Source: Archangium sp. (GTDB lineage Bacteria; Myxococcota; Myxococcia; Myxococcales; Myxococcaceae). From it: 64,000 nucleotides of DNA. Made by a program: the position numbers and the translations under genes. Under the pieces are notes generated by a model that searched no databases, was not told the origin of the DNA, and saw only the letters and a program-made list of their open reading frames with translations. Location of the stretch: NCBI GenBank assembly GCA_031367385.1, contig JANLPS010000373.1, positions 18,650 through 82,649 of the forward strand, read 5' to 3'. This document shows positions 29,772 to 40,400 of the stretch, piece after piece (the stretch's first letter is position 1; each line of letters opens with the position of its first letter).

Positions 29772-30728
29772 GTGAAACACCTGTTCATGTTGGTGCTGGC
29801 CGCCTGCGCTCAAGAGCCTGGCGTGGCCAAGGTCGATTACCGCCGCGTCAAACCCCCAGTCGCCGGGGGCACGGTGATCGCCCGGTTCAGTCACGACACG
29901 GTGACAGACGCAGAGCTCACCGAACGCTTCGCCGAGATGAACCCCTACGCGAGGGCGCGCTTTCAGACCGTCGAGGCCCGCCGCGACTACCTCGACGGGT
30001 TGGTGCGCTTCGAGCTGCTCGCGCAAGAGGCGATTCACCAGGGCCTCGCCAGCGACCCCGAGGTGGTCGAGAGCGCGAAGCGGGTGATGGTGCAGCTGCT
30101 GCTGCGGCGAGAGCTCGAAGAAAAGGCGCCCACCATCACCGAGGCGCAAATCGCCGAGTATTACCAGGCGCACCGAAGCGACTACGTGAAGCCGGTGATG
30201 ACCCGGCTGTCACACATTTCGTTTTCCAAGACGCACCGCGAGCTCGCCCTTGCGACGCTCAAAGAGGTCGTGGCGTTGGCTCCGAATGACTTCGAGGCGT
30301 TCGGTCGACTGGCGAGAGAGCGCAGTGAAGAAGCACGATCCAAGGTGCTCGATGGCGACCTGCGATACCTCAGCGATGACGAGCTCACGGCGCAGTATGG
30401 CGCGCCGATGGCCAAGGCGGCGGCGAGCTTGACCCAGCCGGGAGCGGTGGTACCGGAGTTGGTCGAAACCGAGGCCGCGCTGCACATCGTGAAGCTGCAA
30501 AATCGGCAAATTGCATTGAACCTCGGCGTTGATCAGGCCAAGGCCTCGATTCAACAGGTGCTGTTGGCGAGCGCGAAGCAGGAGCGCTTCAAGGCCTTGC
30601 TCGAGCGGCTCAAGCGAGACGCGAGCCTCGAGGTGAACGATGCGGCACTGGCCGCGATGAAGCTCGACGTGAAGGCACCGGCGGTCGAAGTGAAGACGCC
30701 GCAGCCGGGGTATCTGTCAGGGCCCTGA
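29772..30728 (+). CDS. PpiC/SurA-type peptidyl-prolyl isomerase lipoprotein
   Basis: LAAC lipobox; RLSHI, FGRLARERSE..SK..GDL and HIVKL. Confidence 0.85.
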   Translation: MKHLFMLVLAACAQEPGVAKVDYRRVKPPVAGGTVIARFSHDTVTDAELTERFAEMNPYARARFQTVEARRDYLDGLVRFELLAQEAIHQGLASDPEVVESAKRVMVQLLLRRELEEKAPTITEAQIAEYYQAHRSDYVKPVMTRLSHISFSKTHRELALATLKEVVALAPNDFEAFGRLARERSEEARSKVLDGDLRYLSDDELTAQYGAPMAKAAASLTQPGAVVPELVETEAALHIVKLQNRQIALNLGVDQAKASIQQVLLASAKQERFKALLERLKRDASLEVNDAALAAMKLDVKAPAVEVKTPQPGYLSGP

Positions 30729-30876
30729 TTTTCGGGTCAAACCACTGCAATCAGGTTGCCGACGTGACGTAGAGGGCCGGCCTCCCGCCGTCCCCATCAC
30801 GACGGGGGGCAGCGGCCGTGAGCCCGGTTGATCGGGCTTACGGTCGCACTTTTCCTCAAGGTAAAAGCAAAGCGGC

Positions 30877-31509
30877 ATGACGCACTTTTCTTCGCTCGAG
30901 GTGCTGCAAGCGAAGCTGCGTCGGTGCCGCACGTGCCCGAAGATGATTCGCCCGGTCGTGCACGGGCCCCCGGTGATGGCGCAGGTGTATCTGGTCGGCC
31001 AGGCGCCAGGTGACAAGGAGGGGCCCTTGGGCCGCCCCTTCGCGTGGACGGCGGGGAAGACCCTGTTTCGCTGGTTTCGCCAGGCGCTCAAGGTCGATGA
31101 GCAAACGGTTCGTGACCACGTGTACTTCGCCGCCGTTGCGCGTTGTTTCCCCGGCAAGGCGCCCAAGGGTGGTGACCGCAAGCCCGATGAGCACGAGGTC
31201 GAGAATTGCTCTCGGTGGATGAAGAGCGAGGTCACGTTGTTGCGGCCGACGCTGGTGTTGCCGGTGGGCACCATGGCCATCGAGCGGGTGCTCGGCCACT
31301 CGGGTCAGCTCAAAGACGTGGTGGGGCGCCTCCACCAGACGATGTTCTTCGGGCAGCAAGTTGATGTGATTCCACTCCCGCACCCCAGCGGCGCTTCGAC
31401 GTGGCACATCACCGAACCGGGTAAGTCGTTGCTGATCAGCGCGCTGCAGATCATGGCGGCACACCCGACGCTGATCTCGTTATTTCTTCCTCATCAGATC
31501 AGCGAATGA
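30877..31509 (+). CDS. Uracil-DNA glycosylase superfamily protein (family 4-like, Fe-S Cys)
   Basis: CRTC, VGQAPG..E...RPF...AG, RCFPG and LPHPSG. Confidence 0.88.
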   Translation: MTHFSSLEVLQAKLRRCRTCPKMIRPVVHGPPVMAQVYLVGQAPGDKEGPLGRPFAWTAGKTLFRWFRQALKVDEQTVRDHVYFAAVARCFPGKAPKGGDRKPDEHEVENCSRWMKSEVTLLRPTLVLPVGTMAIERVLGHSGQLKDVVGRLHQTMFFGQQVDVIPLPHPSGASTWHITEPGKSLLISALQIMAAHPTLISLFLPHQISE

Positions 31510-31668
31510 GCGGCCGTTCTTGCGGCGAATTTCGTCGTTGAGCCGCTCTCGTTCTCGCTCGAAGGTCTGCAGGCGCTTGAGATCAGTCGTCTCAGTGGCC
31601 TCGTTCTTCGTCACTCGGTGCGCGGCCGGTACTTTGTCGGCCCGGCGGTCGTGTCGGTAGGGAGCCAT
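31480..31668 (-). CDS. Small hypothetical protein (62 aa)
   Basis: ATG 14 bp after the glycosyltransferase stop; charged helical sequence; 3' end overlaps the UDG gene. Confidence 0.4.
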   Translation of the reverse strand: MAPYRHDRRADKVPAAHRVTKNEATETTDLKRLQTFERERERLNDEIRRKNGRSFADLMRKK

Positions 31669-31682
31669 GGCTGAACGCAACC

Positions 31683-33905
31683 TTAGTCGATGATGAGCAG
31701 CACGAACTTGTTGTTGAGCTCTTTGTCGACGACGGTGACTTTGTGGCCGCCCACTGCGTTCATCAGCACGCCGAGCCGAGCGTGCTCGACCAGCGCCCAC
31801 TTTCGGCCCGGGCGTTTCACGTACGCCTGAAGGTCGCTCGTCGACCCTGACTTCGAGTCGAGCTGCTCGACGTGATTGCGCGAGTAGAGCGTCTCGCCTC
31901 GCCAGTTCATCATGAAGGCGCCGATGGGCTCTCCTGGTTGGCGCTGTGAGGCGTAGCGCCAGAATTGATCTCGCTGCGTCCAGTGGGGTGAGAGGGCGAC
32001 CCAGTGTGACCAACTGAACCACATCGCGAAGGCCAGGCTGCTCGCGACCAGGGTGCCGACGAAGGCGCGCTTCGACTTGATCACCGTGCAGGCCGTGAGC
32101 AGACCCAGCAGCGACAGTGAGCCGACTTTCAGCAGGTCTTTGATGGAGAGCTGGCCGAGCACCGGGCGAGTCACCAGAAACTCGGGGTAGGGGCGGTCGT
32201 AGTTGAAGACGAACAGGTCGGTGAAGTTCTTGGGGTTCGTCCACAGATCTTTGCCGATCAGCACGAAGAAGGGCACTCCAGCGATCAGCGCGACGAGGTG
32301 GGTGTCGAGGCCTTCTTCGAGCAGCTCGTCGATGAACAGGCCAATCAGTATCGCGAGCGGGGGCAGGGTGAGAAAGACGTAGTGGTGAAACTTGGTGGCC
32401 GAATCACCGACCGCGAACCACGCCACCAGCAGCCAGAGCACCGAGATGGCACCGAGTGCGTTCTGTGGAGTGGCCGAGCAGCGAATGCGCGCAATGACTC
32501 CGGCGGCGCCGGGCAAGAAGAGCACCCAGGGGAAGATCGCGTACCCTCCTTGCTCGATGAAGTAGGTGAAATTGCCACCGGGCGTCGAGGTGTAGACGCC
32601 TGAGAAAAAGCGCGAGAGGTGATCGTGCACGATGAAGCGGAGCCAGAAGTGCTTGTGCTCTTCATCGAACGCGCGAAAGGTGAACATCTCGAAGTACCAC
32701 GGCAGGCTGACCGCCAGAAAGAGCAGCACACCCGGGCCCAGGCGCATGTCGCGCAGCAGGGAGATCAGCCTCGGCAGTGGCTGTAAGCCGACGCGGCGAT
32801 GGGCGAGCACGGTGGTGACCACCCACATCGTCAACAGGCCCCAGGTCAGGCCGAGCCAATTCGACGGGGCAGACCAGGCGTCATTCGACCCGAGCTCGCG
32901 GCCCGAGATGAACACGGTGTCTCGTGCGGCGCCCACGCTCGCCGCGATGACGGCGACGACCACCGCGGCGATGAAACCCCAGGTGAAGGCACCTCCGAGC
33001 TCGTCGCGCACCCAGCGAACGCTCGCTTTGAGATCAGCCCAATCGGTGACGAAGAGCAGGGTGTACCCGCCGAGCACCGCGGTTGGCACGAGAAAGCCGA
33101 GCCACCCCTTCGCGAGGGTCGCGAGGGCGAAGAAGAACCAGGCCGCGTACCACCAGAGATGCCGACGGCGGCTGTGGGCATCGAGCAGGCCCACCAGCCC
33201 ACATGACATGCCGCAGATGGTCGAGCTGACCAGTGGCGGGTCGGTCACTGCTTGCCGAGAGAGCAAGAAGTAGAGCGGCATCGTCGCCAACACCGTGACC
33301 GTGGCGAGCGCGACCCGGGCATTGACGGTTCGGGTCAGCGCCCACGCCAGCAGGCCGAGCGCCGCAATTGACGCGGCGGCGAAGGGCAACCGAACCCCCC
33401 ACTCGAAGAGCACTGGCAGGGCGCCGGAGTCGTCAACCAGATTGCCGAACCGCCACGGCAGCGAAATCGAGAGCGCCCAGACCCCCAGGAGCAGGCAGAT
33501 GGCCCCCGCGAAGAGCGCGATGACGCTCCAAAATTGAACCAGCGCACTCGGTCTTCGAATGAAGAACACACCGAGGCTCAACAGAATCAACGCGCTGATC
33601 AGCGGCACCGGAGCGCCGCCTGAAGCGAGTGACATGCCGGCCGCCTGCATCCACATCGTCAGCGCGGGCTTCGAGAAGAACCAGTCTTTTTCCCAATGCG
33701 GGTGAATGAAGTCGTGCCGCTCGACCATTTCACGCGCGACCTCACCGTAGTGGGTCTCCCACGGGTCCCACAGGCCGACGGCGCCGAGGTAGGGCAAGAA
33801 GATGACGCTGCCGAGCACGATGGCGATGAGCGCGCTGCGTTGCTCGATGGGCCAGCGAACGAACCACTGCCAGACGGTCGTCGACCGTGGCGCTTGAACG
33901 CGCAT
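31683..33905 (-). CDS. GT-C (GT39/ArnT-PMT family) membrane glycosyltransferase
   Basis: GLWDPWETHYGEVAREM, FFSKPAL, LAKG and TKFHHY; many TM helices. Confidence 0.88.
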   Translation of the reverse strand: MRVQAPRSTTVWQWFVRWPIEQRSALIAIVLGSVIFLPYLGAVGLWDPWETHYGEVAREMVERHDFIHPHWEKDWFFSKPALTMWMQAAGMSLASGGAPVPLISALILLSLGVFFIRRPSALVQFWSVIALFAGAICLLLGVWALSISLPWRFGNLVDDSGALPVLFEWGVRLPFAAASIAALGLLAWALTRTVNARVALATVTVLATMPLYFLLSRQAVTDPPLVSSTICGMSCGLVGLLDAHSRRRHLWWYAAWFFFALATLAKGWLGFLVPTAVLGGYTLLFVTDWADLKASVRWVRDELGGAFTWGFIAAVVVAVIAASVGAARDTVFISGRELGSNDAWSAPSNWLGLTWGLLTMWVVTTVLAHRRVGLQPLPRLISLLRDMRLGPGVLLFLAVSLPWYFEMFTFRAFDEEHKHFWLRFIVHDHLSRFFSGVYTSTPGGNFTYFIEQGGYAIFPWVLFLPGAAGVIARIRCSATPQNALGAISVLWLLVAWFAVGDSATKFHHYVFLTLPPLAILIGLFIDELLEEGLDTHLVALIAGVPFFVLIGKDLWTNPKNFTDLFVFNYDRPYPEFLVTRPVLGQLSIKDLLKVGSLSLLGLLTACTVIKSKRAFVGTLVASSLAFAMWFSWSHWVALSPHWTQRDQFWRYASQRQPGEPIGAFMMNWRGETLYSRNHVEQLDSKSGSTSDLQAYVKRPGRKWALVEHARLGVLMNAVGGHKVTVVDKELNNKFVLLIID

Positions 33906-33943
33906 GACGAAGCTTTCGATTGAAGTTGAAACGCTGAGGAGGA

Positions 33944-34336
33944 CTACTCGCTGCCGGGTGCTGACCCGCCGTCGCCCCACGCGGGGGCCTGCACGATCAG
34001 CCGCTCACTGGGTATGCCGTGAACGCCTTCGGGGTCAACGGAGGTCAGGTCAGATGAAGAGAACGGCAGGCCATGGGTGACCACCGGTCGCACGACCGCC
34101 AGCACCAACATCGTCGCGGCAACGGCCAAGAAGGCTGGCATCGCGGCACTGAGGGTGGGCCGGGCCGCGGCGGCCTCGAAGCCAAACCCACGGGCGGTCA
34201 GCTCGGTTCGGGCCAGGCGCTGCAGACGACCTGAGCAGCCCGTGCACCCGCTGACGTGCGGCACGTGGCGCTCGTCGAGCTCACCGGTCACCGCGAAGTG
34301 ACGCAGCTCGAAGATCGAAGGGTGGCTCGCGCTCAC
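33944..34336 (-). CDS. Putative zinc-finger (zf-HC2) transmembrane anti-sigma factor
   Basis: HVSGCTGC (HxxxCxxC) followed by a TM helix; GTGA overlap with the sigma gene. Confidence 0.7.
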   Translation of the reverse strand: MSASHPSIFELRHFAVTGELDERHVPHVSGCTGCSGRLQRLARTELTARGFGFEAAAARPTLSAAMPAFLAVAATMLVLAVVRPVVTHGLPFSSSDLTSVDPEGVHGIPSERLIVQAPAWGDGGSAPGSE

Positions 34337-34857
34337 GGGGTCACCCGCCCCAGCGCCAGGCGCAGTTGCGCGCGCACCTCGCACAGAATCTGTCGAAAGC
34401 GCTGCAGCGAAACGCCCTCGTGCTTCGCGAGCTCGGCGTGCAACGCATCGGGCCCGCTGATCACCGCTGACAACACCGATTGCGCGCGCGGAGACGAGCT
34501 TGCCATCGCCGCTGCAACGGCTCCGAGCAACTGGCGGCCAGCGACGGTCTCTTCGGGAGACGGCTGCTGATCAGCCACCGACATCGCTTCATCAACCGAG
34601 CCATCACGCTGGGCTCGTGTCGACGAACGCCGCCGGTTTTCAGCCACCAAAAAGAACGCCTGTCGAATGATCAACCCCGGCAGCTCGATGGCGTCGATGC
34701 GGTCGGTGCTGACCTGCTCGTAGATGCGCGCCCACGCGTCGTGCGCCAGCTCTCGGGCCTCGTCGAGGCGAACGCCATTCGCGATCAGCGCGAGCACCAC
34801 CGTGTGGTGGTGGGTGGCGTACTCCTGCGCCCAGCGCTGTCGAAGCTCAGTCACCAT
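34333..34857 (-). CDS. ECF-type sigma-70 factor
   Basis: Region 2-like EARELAHDAWARI; SPEE linker; region 4-like HAELAKHEGVS...VRAQLR. Confidence 0.75.
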   Translation of the reverse strand: MVTELRQRWAQEYATHHHTVVLALIANGVRLDEARELAHDAWARIYEQVSTDRIDAIELPGLIIRQAFFLVAENRRRSSTRAQRDGSVDEAMSVADQQPSPEETVAGRQLLGAVAAAMASSSPRAQSVLSAVISGPDALHAELAKHEGVSLQRFRQILCEVRAQLRLALGRVTP

Positions 34858-34889
34858 TCAAGAACGGCCCACCATGCTCGCCATATCGC

Positions 34890-36800
34890 CTACTTGCGCT
34901 TGGGCTGCGGTTTGGGGTCGGGCTTTCGCACAGTCTCTTTTGAATTCAAGGGCTTGGTGGGTTTTTGCGCCGGGGCGTGCGGCTTCTCGGCGAACGTCGC
35001 GGTTCTGATCTTTCCCCTCCCTGGCAGCGCGGGGGCCAAGGGCGGCGGAGCAACCAGCGTCTCCAAGACCGGCGGCGGAGCAGGCGTCGGCTTGGTCGAG
35101 CCCTCGAGTGACAGCCCGCGAAACACGCACGTGCCCTCGATGCAGCCAACCCCCACGCGCGGAAACGCGCCGAACAGCTCTTTCCACTCCGTGCCCAATG
35201 ACAGCGAATCGCCGAGCACCCTCGCGTCGCGGTCAGCGCCGATGACGGCCTCCAACGCGCCGGTGACCGGGTCGATTCGCAGCTCAAGCGCGACGTTCTT
35301 GGCGCCGGTTGGCAAGGGGGCCGTCATCTGGCCGCGTTTCTCTGGCCCGAGCGACCAGTCGAGCAGCGGGTCGCTCCCGTTGGCCGAGATGATCAGCGCA
35401 ACGTAGCGATCGTGATCGCCCAGCAGCAGCAGCGCACTGCGCGCCTCGGGTCGGGGCCCGCGAAACAGGCTCAGCAACGGCTCGAAGGCCGAGACCTCAG
35501 AAGCCTGGGTGTCGACGATGGTCTTCGCGATGACGCCATCTCCACCGGTCTCGGCGTCGAGCTCGATTCGACCCGCGGGGGCCGAAGCACCAGTGAAGGT
35601 GATCACCCCGTCCTTGATCACCGGCTGCCGGCCGAAGGCCTTCGTCGCGATGGTGTCGGGCCCTGCGCCAAGCTCGAGGCTGAGCACGTCTTTGTCGAAG
35701 CGGCCCGCGGAGGTCGACAACGAGGTGACTCCGAAGTCGTTCATCACGGCGACCCCAGGGGGCAACCGCTTCGATTCGATGCGCGAGCGCGCGTAGACGG
35801 TGGCCACGATGATCAACGCGGCGGCCGCGGCAGCCACGGTGACCCCGCGCCAAATCGACCTGAGCACCGCGCGGCCCTTGCGCACCACCCGCTGCCCCGG
35901 AGTCTCTTTGGCGGGCTGCGGCCCCACCGTCATGGGGATCAGCGGCTCGAGCTCGGCCAGAAATGCGGCGACCGAGGGGTAGCGATCTTCGACCGCTGGC
36001 TTGAGGCACCGGGCAACGATCGGGTCGAGGCGCTTGTCGAGCGTGGGCCGACGCACCGAGGGCGGGTCGAAGGTGCCCATCGGCAGGTCGCCCACTAGCA
36101 ATTCGTACAACATCACCCCCAGCGAATAGAGGTCGGCCCGTGGCCCCGCCGTCTTCGCGTCGACCCGCTGCTCGGGCGCCATGTACGCCGCGGTGCCCAT
36201 CGACATGTGGGTCTGGGTGAGGTTGTGCCGATCTTTCACGTCTGAGCGCTCGTCGAGCCCCGCGAGCCCGAAGTCGGTCACCTTCGCGAGGCCACCCGCC
36301 TGATCATCGAAGAGAATGTTTTCGGGCTTCAAGTCTCGGTGAATCACACCCCGGCCATGCGCGTAGTCGATTGCCCGCGCGACCTGGGTCAACACCCGGA
36401 GCGCCGCCATCGAGTCGAAGTCGGGCTCGCGCATGCGCTCACGCAAGCTGGGCCCGTCGACGTACTCCATGACCAGAAAGTAGGTGTCGGCGTTGCGGCC
36501 GCGGTCGACGATCGAAACGATGTTCGGGTGCCGCAGACTGGCCAGGGCCGCGCCCTCTTTTTCGAAGCGCGCCACGAAGGTGTCGTCAGTCGCGAGGTCG
36601 GGGTTGAGCAGCTTGACCGCCACCTTGCGACCCAGCGAGAGCTGCTCGGCCTGGTGAACCTCACCCATGCCGCCTTTGCCCAGCAACTGAATCAGCCGGT
36701 ACCCCGGCACCAGGTCGAACCGGCGCACGCGCTGAACCGTGGTGGCGTCCATGCCCATCTCGGTGCCGACGCTATGCCCTTGTTCGCCCGCTGTCCCCAT
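34890..36800 (-). CDS. Transmembrane Ser/Thr protein kinase
   Basis: LGKGGMGEV, HRDLKPEN, DFG and APEQ; TM helix, then an extracytoplasmic domain. Confidence 0.93.
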   Translation of the reverse strand: MGTAGEQGHSVGTEMGMDATTVQRVRRFDLVPGYRLIQLLGKGGMGEVHQAEQLSLGRKVAVKLLNPDLATDDTFVARFEKEGAALASLRHPNIVSIVDRGRNADTYFLVMEYVDGPSLRERMREPDFDSMAALRVLTQVARAIDYAHGRGVIHRDLKPENILFDDQAGGLAKVTDFGLAGLDERSDVKDRHNLTQTHMSMGTAAYMAPEQRVDAKTAGPRADLYSLGVMLYELLVGDLPMGTFDPPSVRRPTLDKRLDPIVARCLKPAVEDRYPSVAAFLAELEPLIPMTVGPQPAKETPGQRVVRKGRAVLRSIWRGVTVAAAAAALIIVATVYARSRIESKRLPPGVAVMNDFGVTSLSTSAGRFDKDVLSLELGAGPDTIATKAFGRQPVIKDGVITFTGASAPAGRIELDAETGGDGVIAKTIVDTQASEVSAFEPLLSLFRGPRPEARSALLLLGDHDRYVALIISANGSDPLLDWSLGPEKRGQMTAPLPTGAKNVALELRIDPVTGALEAVIGADRDARVLGDSLSLGTEWKELFGAFPRVGVGCIEGTCVFRGLSLEGSTKPTPAPPPVLETLVAPPPLAPALPGRGKIRTATFAEKPHAPAQKPTKPLNSKETVRKPDPKPQPKRK

Positions 36801-36815
36801 GGCGTCGAGGTGGGC

Positions 36816-37340
36816 TTACGCCGCCTCGTGCTTCTTCTTGTTTTTCTTCTGCTTTTTTGTTTCGGCACCCGGCCGATGCGGGTGGTCGTGGGGCTCGTCT
36901 TCTCGGTATTCTACGTCGCGGAGCATCTTGCGCACCTCGAGCCCGTGCATCTCTTCTTGGGCGATCTGCGTTCGGGCGAATTCTTCGAGGTAGATGCTGC
37001 GATCTTCGACCTCTTCGAGCAGCTTCTTATACAGCTTGAGCGCCTCGCGTTCGTGCTCGAGTGATTCTTCGAGAATGTCTTTGACCGAGTGCTTGTACGA
37101 CTCGGGTATCGGAGCGATCGCCAGGGTCGGGTGCCCCCCGAGCCCGGTCAGAATCTCGCCCGACATCTGCGCGTGCAGCAGCGACTCGGTCGCCTGCGCT
37201 TTCATGAACGCCACGATGGGTATGCGGTTCGGGCCCGAGATCATCAGCGAATAGTGGGTGTAGCGAACGACGCCCGCCAGCTCGAACTCCATGATGCGGT
37301 TGAGCAGGTTCTGGGTGCGCTTCACGTCGAGGCTTTTCAT
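36816..37340 (-). CDS. Ferritin-like (bacterioferritin-related) protein
   Basis: Di-iron-type E...ExxxH...E...EExH pattern (ELAG, ESLLHA, HEREA, EEMH). Confidence 0.82.
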   Translation of the reverse strand: MKSLDVKRTQNLLNRIMEFELAGVVRYTHYSLMISGPNRIPIVAFMKAQATESLLHAQMSGEILTGLGGHPTLAIAPIPESYKHSVKDILEESLEHEREALKLYKKLLEEVEDRSIYLEEFARTQIAQEEMHGLEVRKMLRDVEYREDEPHDHPHRPGAETKKQKKNKKKHEAA

Positions 37341-37409
37341 GGGCATTCGCTTCGAGGTTCTACGACAGCGAATCGACGACGCAGTGAGAATTCTTGGTAG
37401 ACAGCACCC

Positions 37410-40400
37410 ATGCTTTTCACCTTGCTCGCGGTGCAGCTGGTTGCCGGTCGTCTCGACAGCCCCGTCACCGACCGCGCCGAAGCCCTCGCCAAGCAGGCCC
37501 TCGCCCACGGCCATGAGCCCCGCGGCGCTGGCCCCGTCATTCGCCTCCACGCGCTGCTCGAAGAAGTCGATGACTTGAACCTGCTCGCCGAGCCTTTCTC
37601 GATTCTGCTCGCGCGCCGGTCGACCGATGAGCGGGTTCGGGTGCTGGCGCAGATGTTCATGGCCGACGTCGAGCGGGCGCGCGGCCGTTCGGTCAAAGCC
37701 CAAGACCTCGTCAAAGACCTCGGCTTCGTGCAGGACTGGCACGTCGTCGGCTCGTTCGAAAACGAGGGGAAAGGTGGGTGCGACACCGACTTCGGGCCTG
37801 AGGCGGCGACTGATTTGAAGGCCACGTACCCCGCGAAGGGCCGGGAGGTCGGCTGGCATCGGTTGCCTGGGCATACGGTCGATGGCTTCGTCGACTTGTC
37901 GATGGCGGTGCGGCCTTCGACCGCGGCCGTGGCGTATGCGTTGACCTTTCTGCAGACCGAGAACGAGCTGCGCACCTCGATGTCATTGGGTACCTCGGGC
38001 GGGTTTCGGTTGTTCGTCAACGGCGTGAAGGTGGCGAGCAGCGATCGCTACAACCAGCCGAGGGTTGATCAGCAGCGGGTGCAGGTGACCCTGCGAAAGG
38101 GCTTCAACCGGGTGCTGCTGAAGGTGTGCCAAGAGACCGGCCAGCTGGGGTTCTACTTTCGGGCCGAGCGCGCTGAAGGGTCGAGAGGGTCGTTGGCCGT
38201 GGCGTTGCCTGACGCGGTGCCGCCGCTCGAGAAGGGCAGCGCCCCTGCCGCGGTGAAGCTCTCGACCTTGAGCGACGTGCTCGCTGAGCGGGTCAAGGCC
38301 GCGCCGAATGACGCCGAGCTGCGGGCTGATCTGGCCACGGTGCTGGCGTGGACGCGGGCGTGGGAAGAGAAGGAGCACACCGCGACCGTCGAGGCCGCGA
38401 AGGCCGCCGAGGCGCGACCCGCCGACGCCGAGCTGCAGTTGATCGCGGCCACGCTCGAGTACGAAGACGTCAATCAACGCCGGCACTTCATCGAGCGCGC
38501 GTTGCAAGCCGCCCCGAAGTCACCCTGGGCCCGGCTGCAGTTGGCGCAGCATGAAATGAATCGCGAGCACGCTGATCTCGCATTGGTCATTGCGAACGAG
38601 CTCACCCAGGAGCTGCCCAGCTTCGCGCCTGCCCACCTGGTCAAGATTCGTGCGCTCGAGAACCTGGGCATGGGGGCGGCGGCGACGAGGGCGAGTGATC
38701 TGGCGTTCGCGCACTTGAACTTCGTGCCCGGCATCGCGCGCGAGGCGGTTTCTCAGTCGCATCGGCTCGACCGGCTCTCGGAGGCGATCGCTCGCAGTCG
38801 AATGGTGCTCGCCCTGCGCTATGACGACCTGAACACCCGGCGCGGGTTGGCCTCGATGTTGGCCGACGTCGGGCAGGTTGACGAGGCGGCTGATCAGTAC
38901 CGCAAGGTGCTCGCGCTCGACCCGTTCGACTTGCAGACCGTGCTCAGGCTGGCTGATCTTCTTTCTGCGAACTCGAAGCCGGCCGAGGCCCGCGCGATGT
39001 TCGAGGTGGCCCGAGTGGTCGCGCCCGACGAGCCCGAGGTGTACGAGCGACAAGGCCGTGCGCTGCTCCACGCCGCGCTCAAAGACGAGGCGCTGGCCGC
39101 GTTCACCAAGTCATTGCAGCTGCGGCCGCAGAACCCCACGCTCAAAGAGACCGTGCGCTCGCTGCGGGGCGACGACCTGGCCGACGCGGCGCCGTTCGCG
39201 CTGCCGATGGCTCCGTTGCTCGAGCAGGCGAAGGCCCTCAAGGGCGAAGACGCGGTGTATCTCGCCGATGTCACGGCGGTTCGGGTGCAGAGCAGCGGCT
39301 TGTCATCACGCTTCAATCAGACCGTGGTGAAGGTGATGAGCGACCGCGGCGTCGAGGCGTTTCGCTCGCTGCCGATCACCTATTCGCCTGATCGACAAGA
39401 GGTGCGCGTGCTCAAAGCGCGAATCACCAAGCCCGATGGCAGCGTGGTCGATTCATTCGGAGATCAAGACCGCAACATCAACGAGCCGTGGACGGGCATG
39501 TACTACGACGCGCACGCCCGGGTGCTCAGCTTCCCCTCGCTCGAGCCGGGCGACGTGCTCGAAGTGCAGTGGCGCCTCGAAGACACGTCACTCGACAACT
39601 TGCTCTCTGACTATTGGGGCGACGTCGACCCGGTGCAGAGCGTCTTCTCGAAGAAGCACTACCTGTACGTGGTCGACATGCCGAAGTCGCGCCCGCTGTA
39701 TTGGAACGCGTCGTCACTGGCGAAGTGGATCAAACCGGAGACGACGCCTGACGGAGATCGCGTCGTCTACCGCTTTCGCGCCGACGACGTGGTGAAGGTG
39801 GTGCCCGAGCCGCAGATGCCAGGGTGGGCCGAGGTGGCCTCGCCGCTTCACCTCTCGACCTACAAGTCATGGGAAGACGTCGGCCGGTTCTGGTGGGGGT
39901 TGGTGAGAGATCAGCTGCAGCCGAACGACGAGCTGCGCAAGACGGTTGATCAGGTGCTCAAGGGCGTCGATCGCAAAGACGAAGCCAAGGTGGTGGCGGC
40001 GATCTACGGTTTCGTGGTCACCAACACCCGGTATGTGGCGCTCGAATTCGGCATTCATGGGTTCAAGCCGTACCGCGTCGACCGGGTGCTCTCGCGCCGG
40101 TTCGGCGACTGCAAAGACAAGGCGTCGTTGATCGTCTCGATGCTGAAAGTCGCCGGAGTCGACTCGCGCCTGGTGCTGCTGCGCATGAGAAACCTCGGCA
40201 CGATCAACGCCGAGCCCGCATCGCTCGCGGCCTTCAACCATGCAATTGCCTATGTGCCCTCGCTGAAGCTGTATCTCGATGGCACCGCTGAATTTTACGG
40301 CAGCCACGAGATGCCCGGCGCAGATCGCGTGGCGAACGTGCTGATCATCGAGCCCGACGGCAAGAGCCAGTTTCTCACCACGCCAGAAGCGTCGCCCGAA

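Noticed and set aside
37341..37874. Long N-terminal extension of the ferritin-like ORF
   Set aside because: It overlaps the divergent transglutaminase gene; the ferritin fold starts at ATG 37340/37346.
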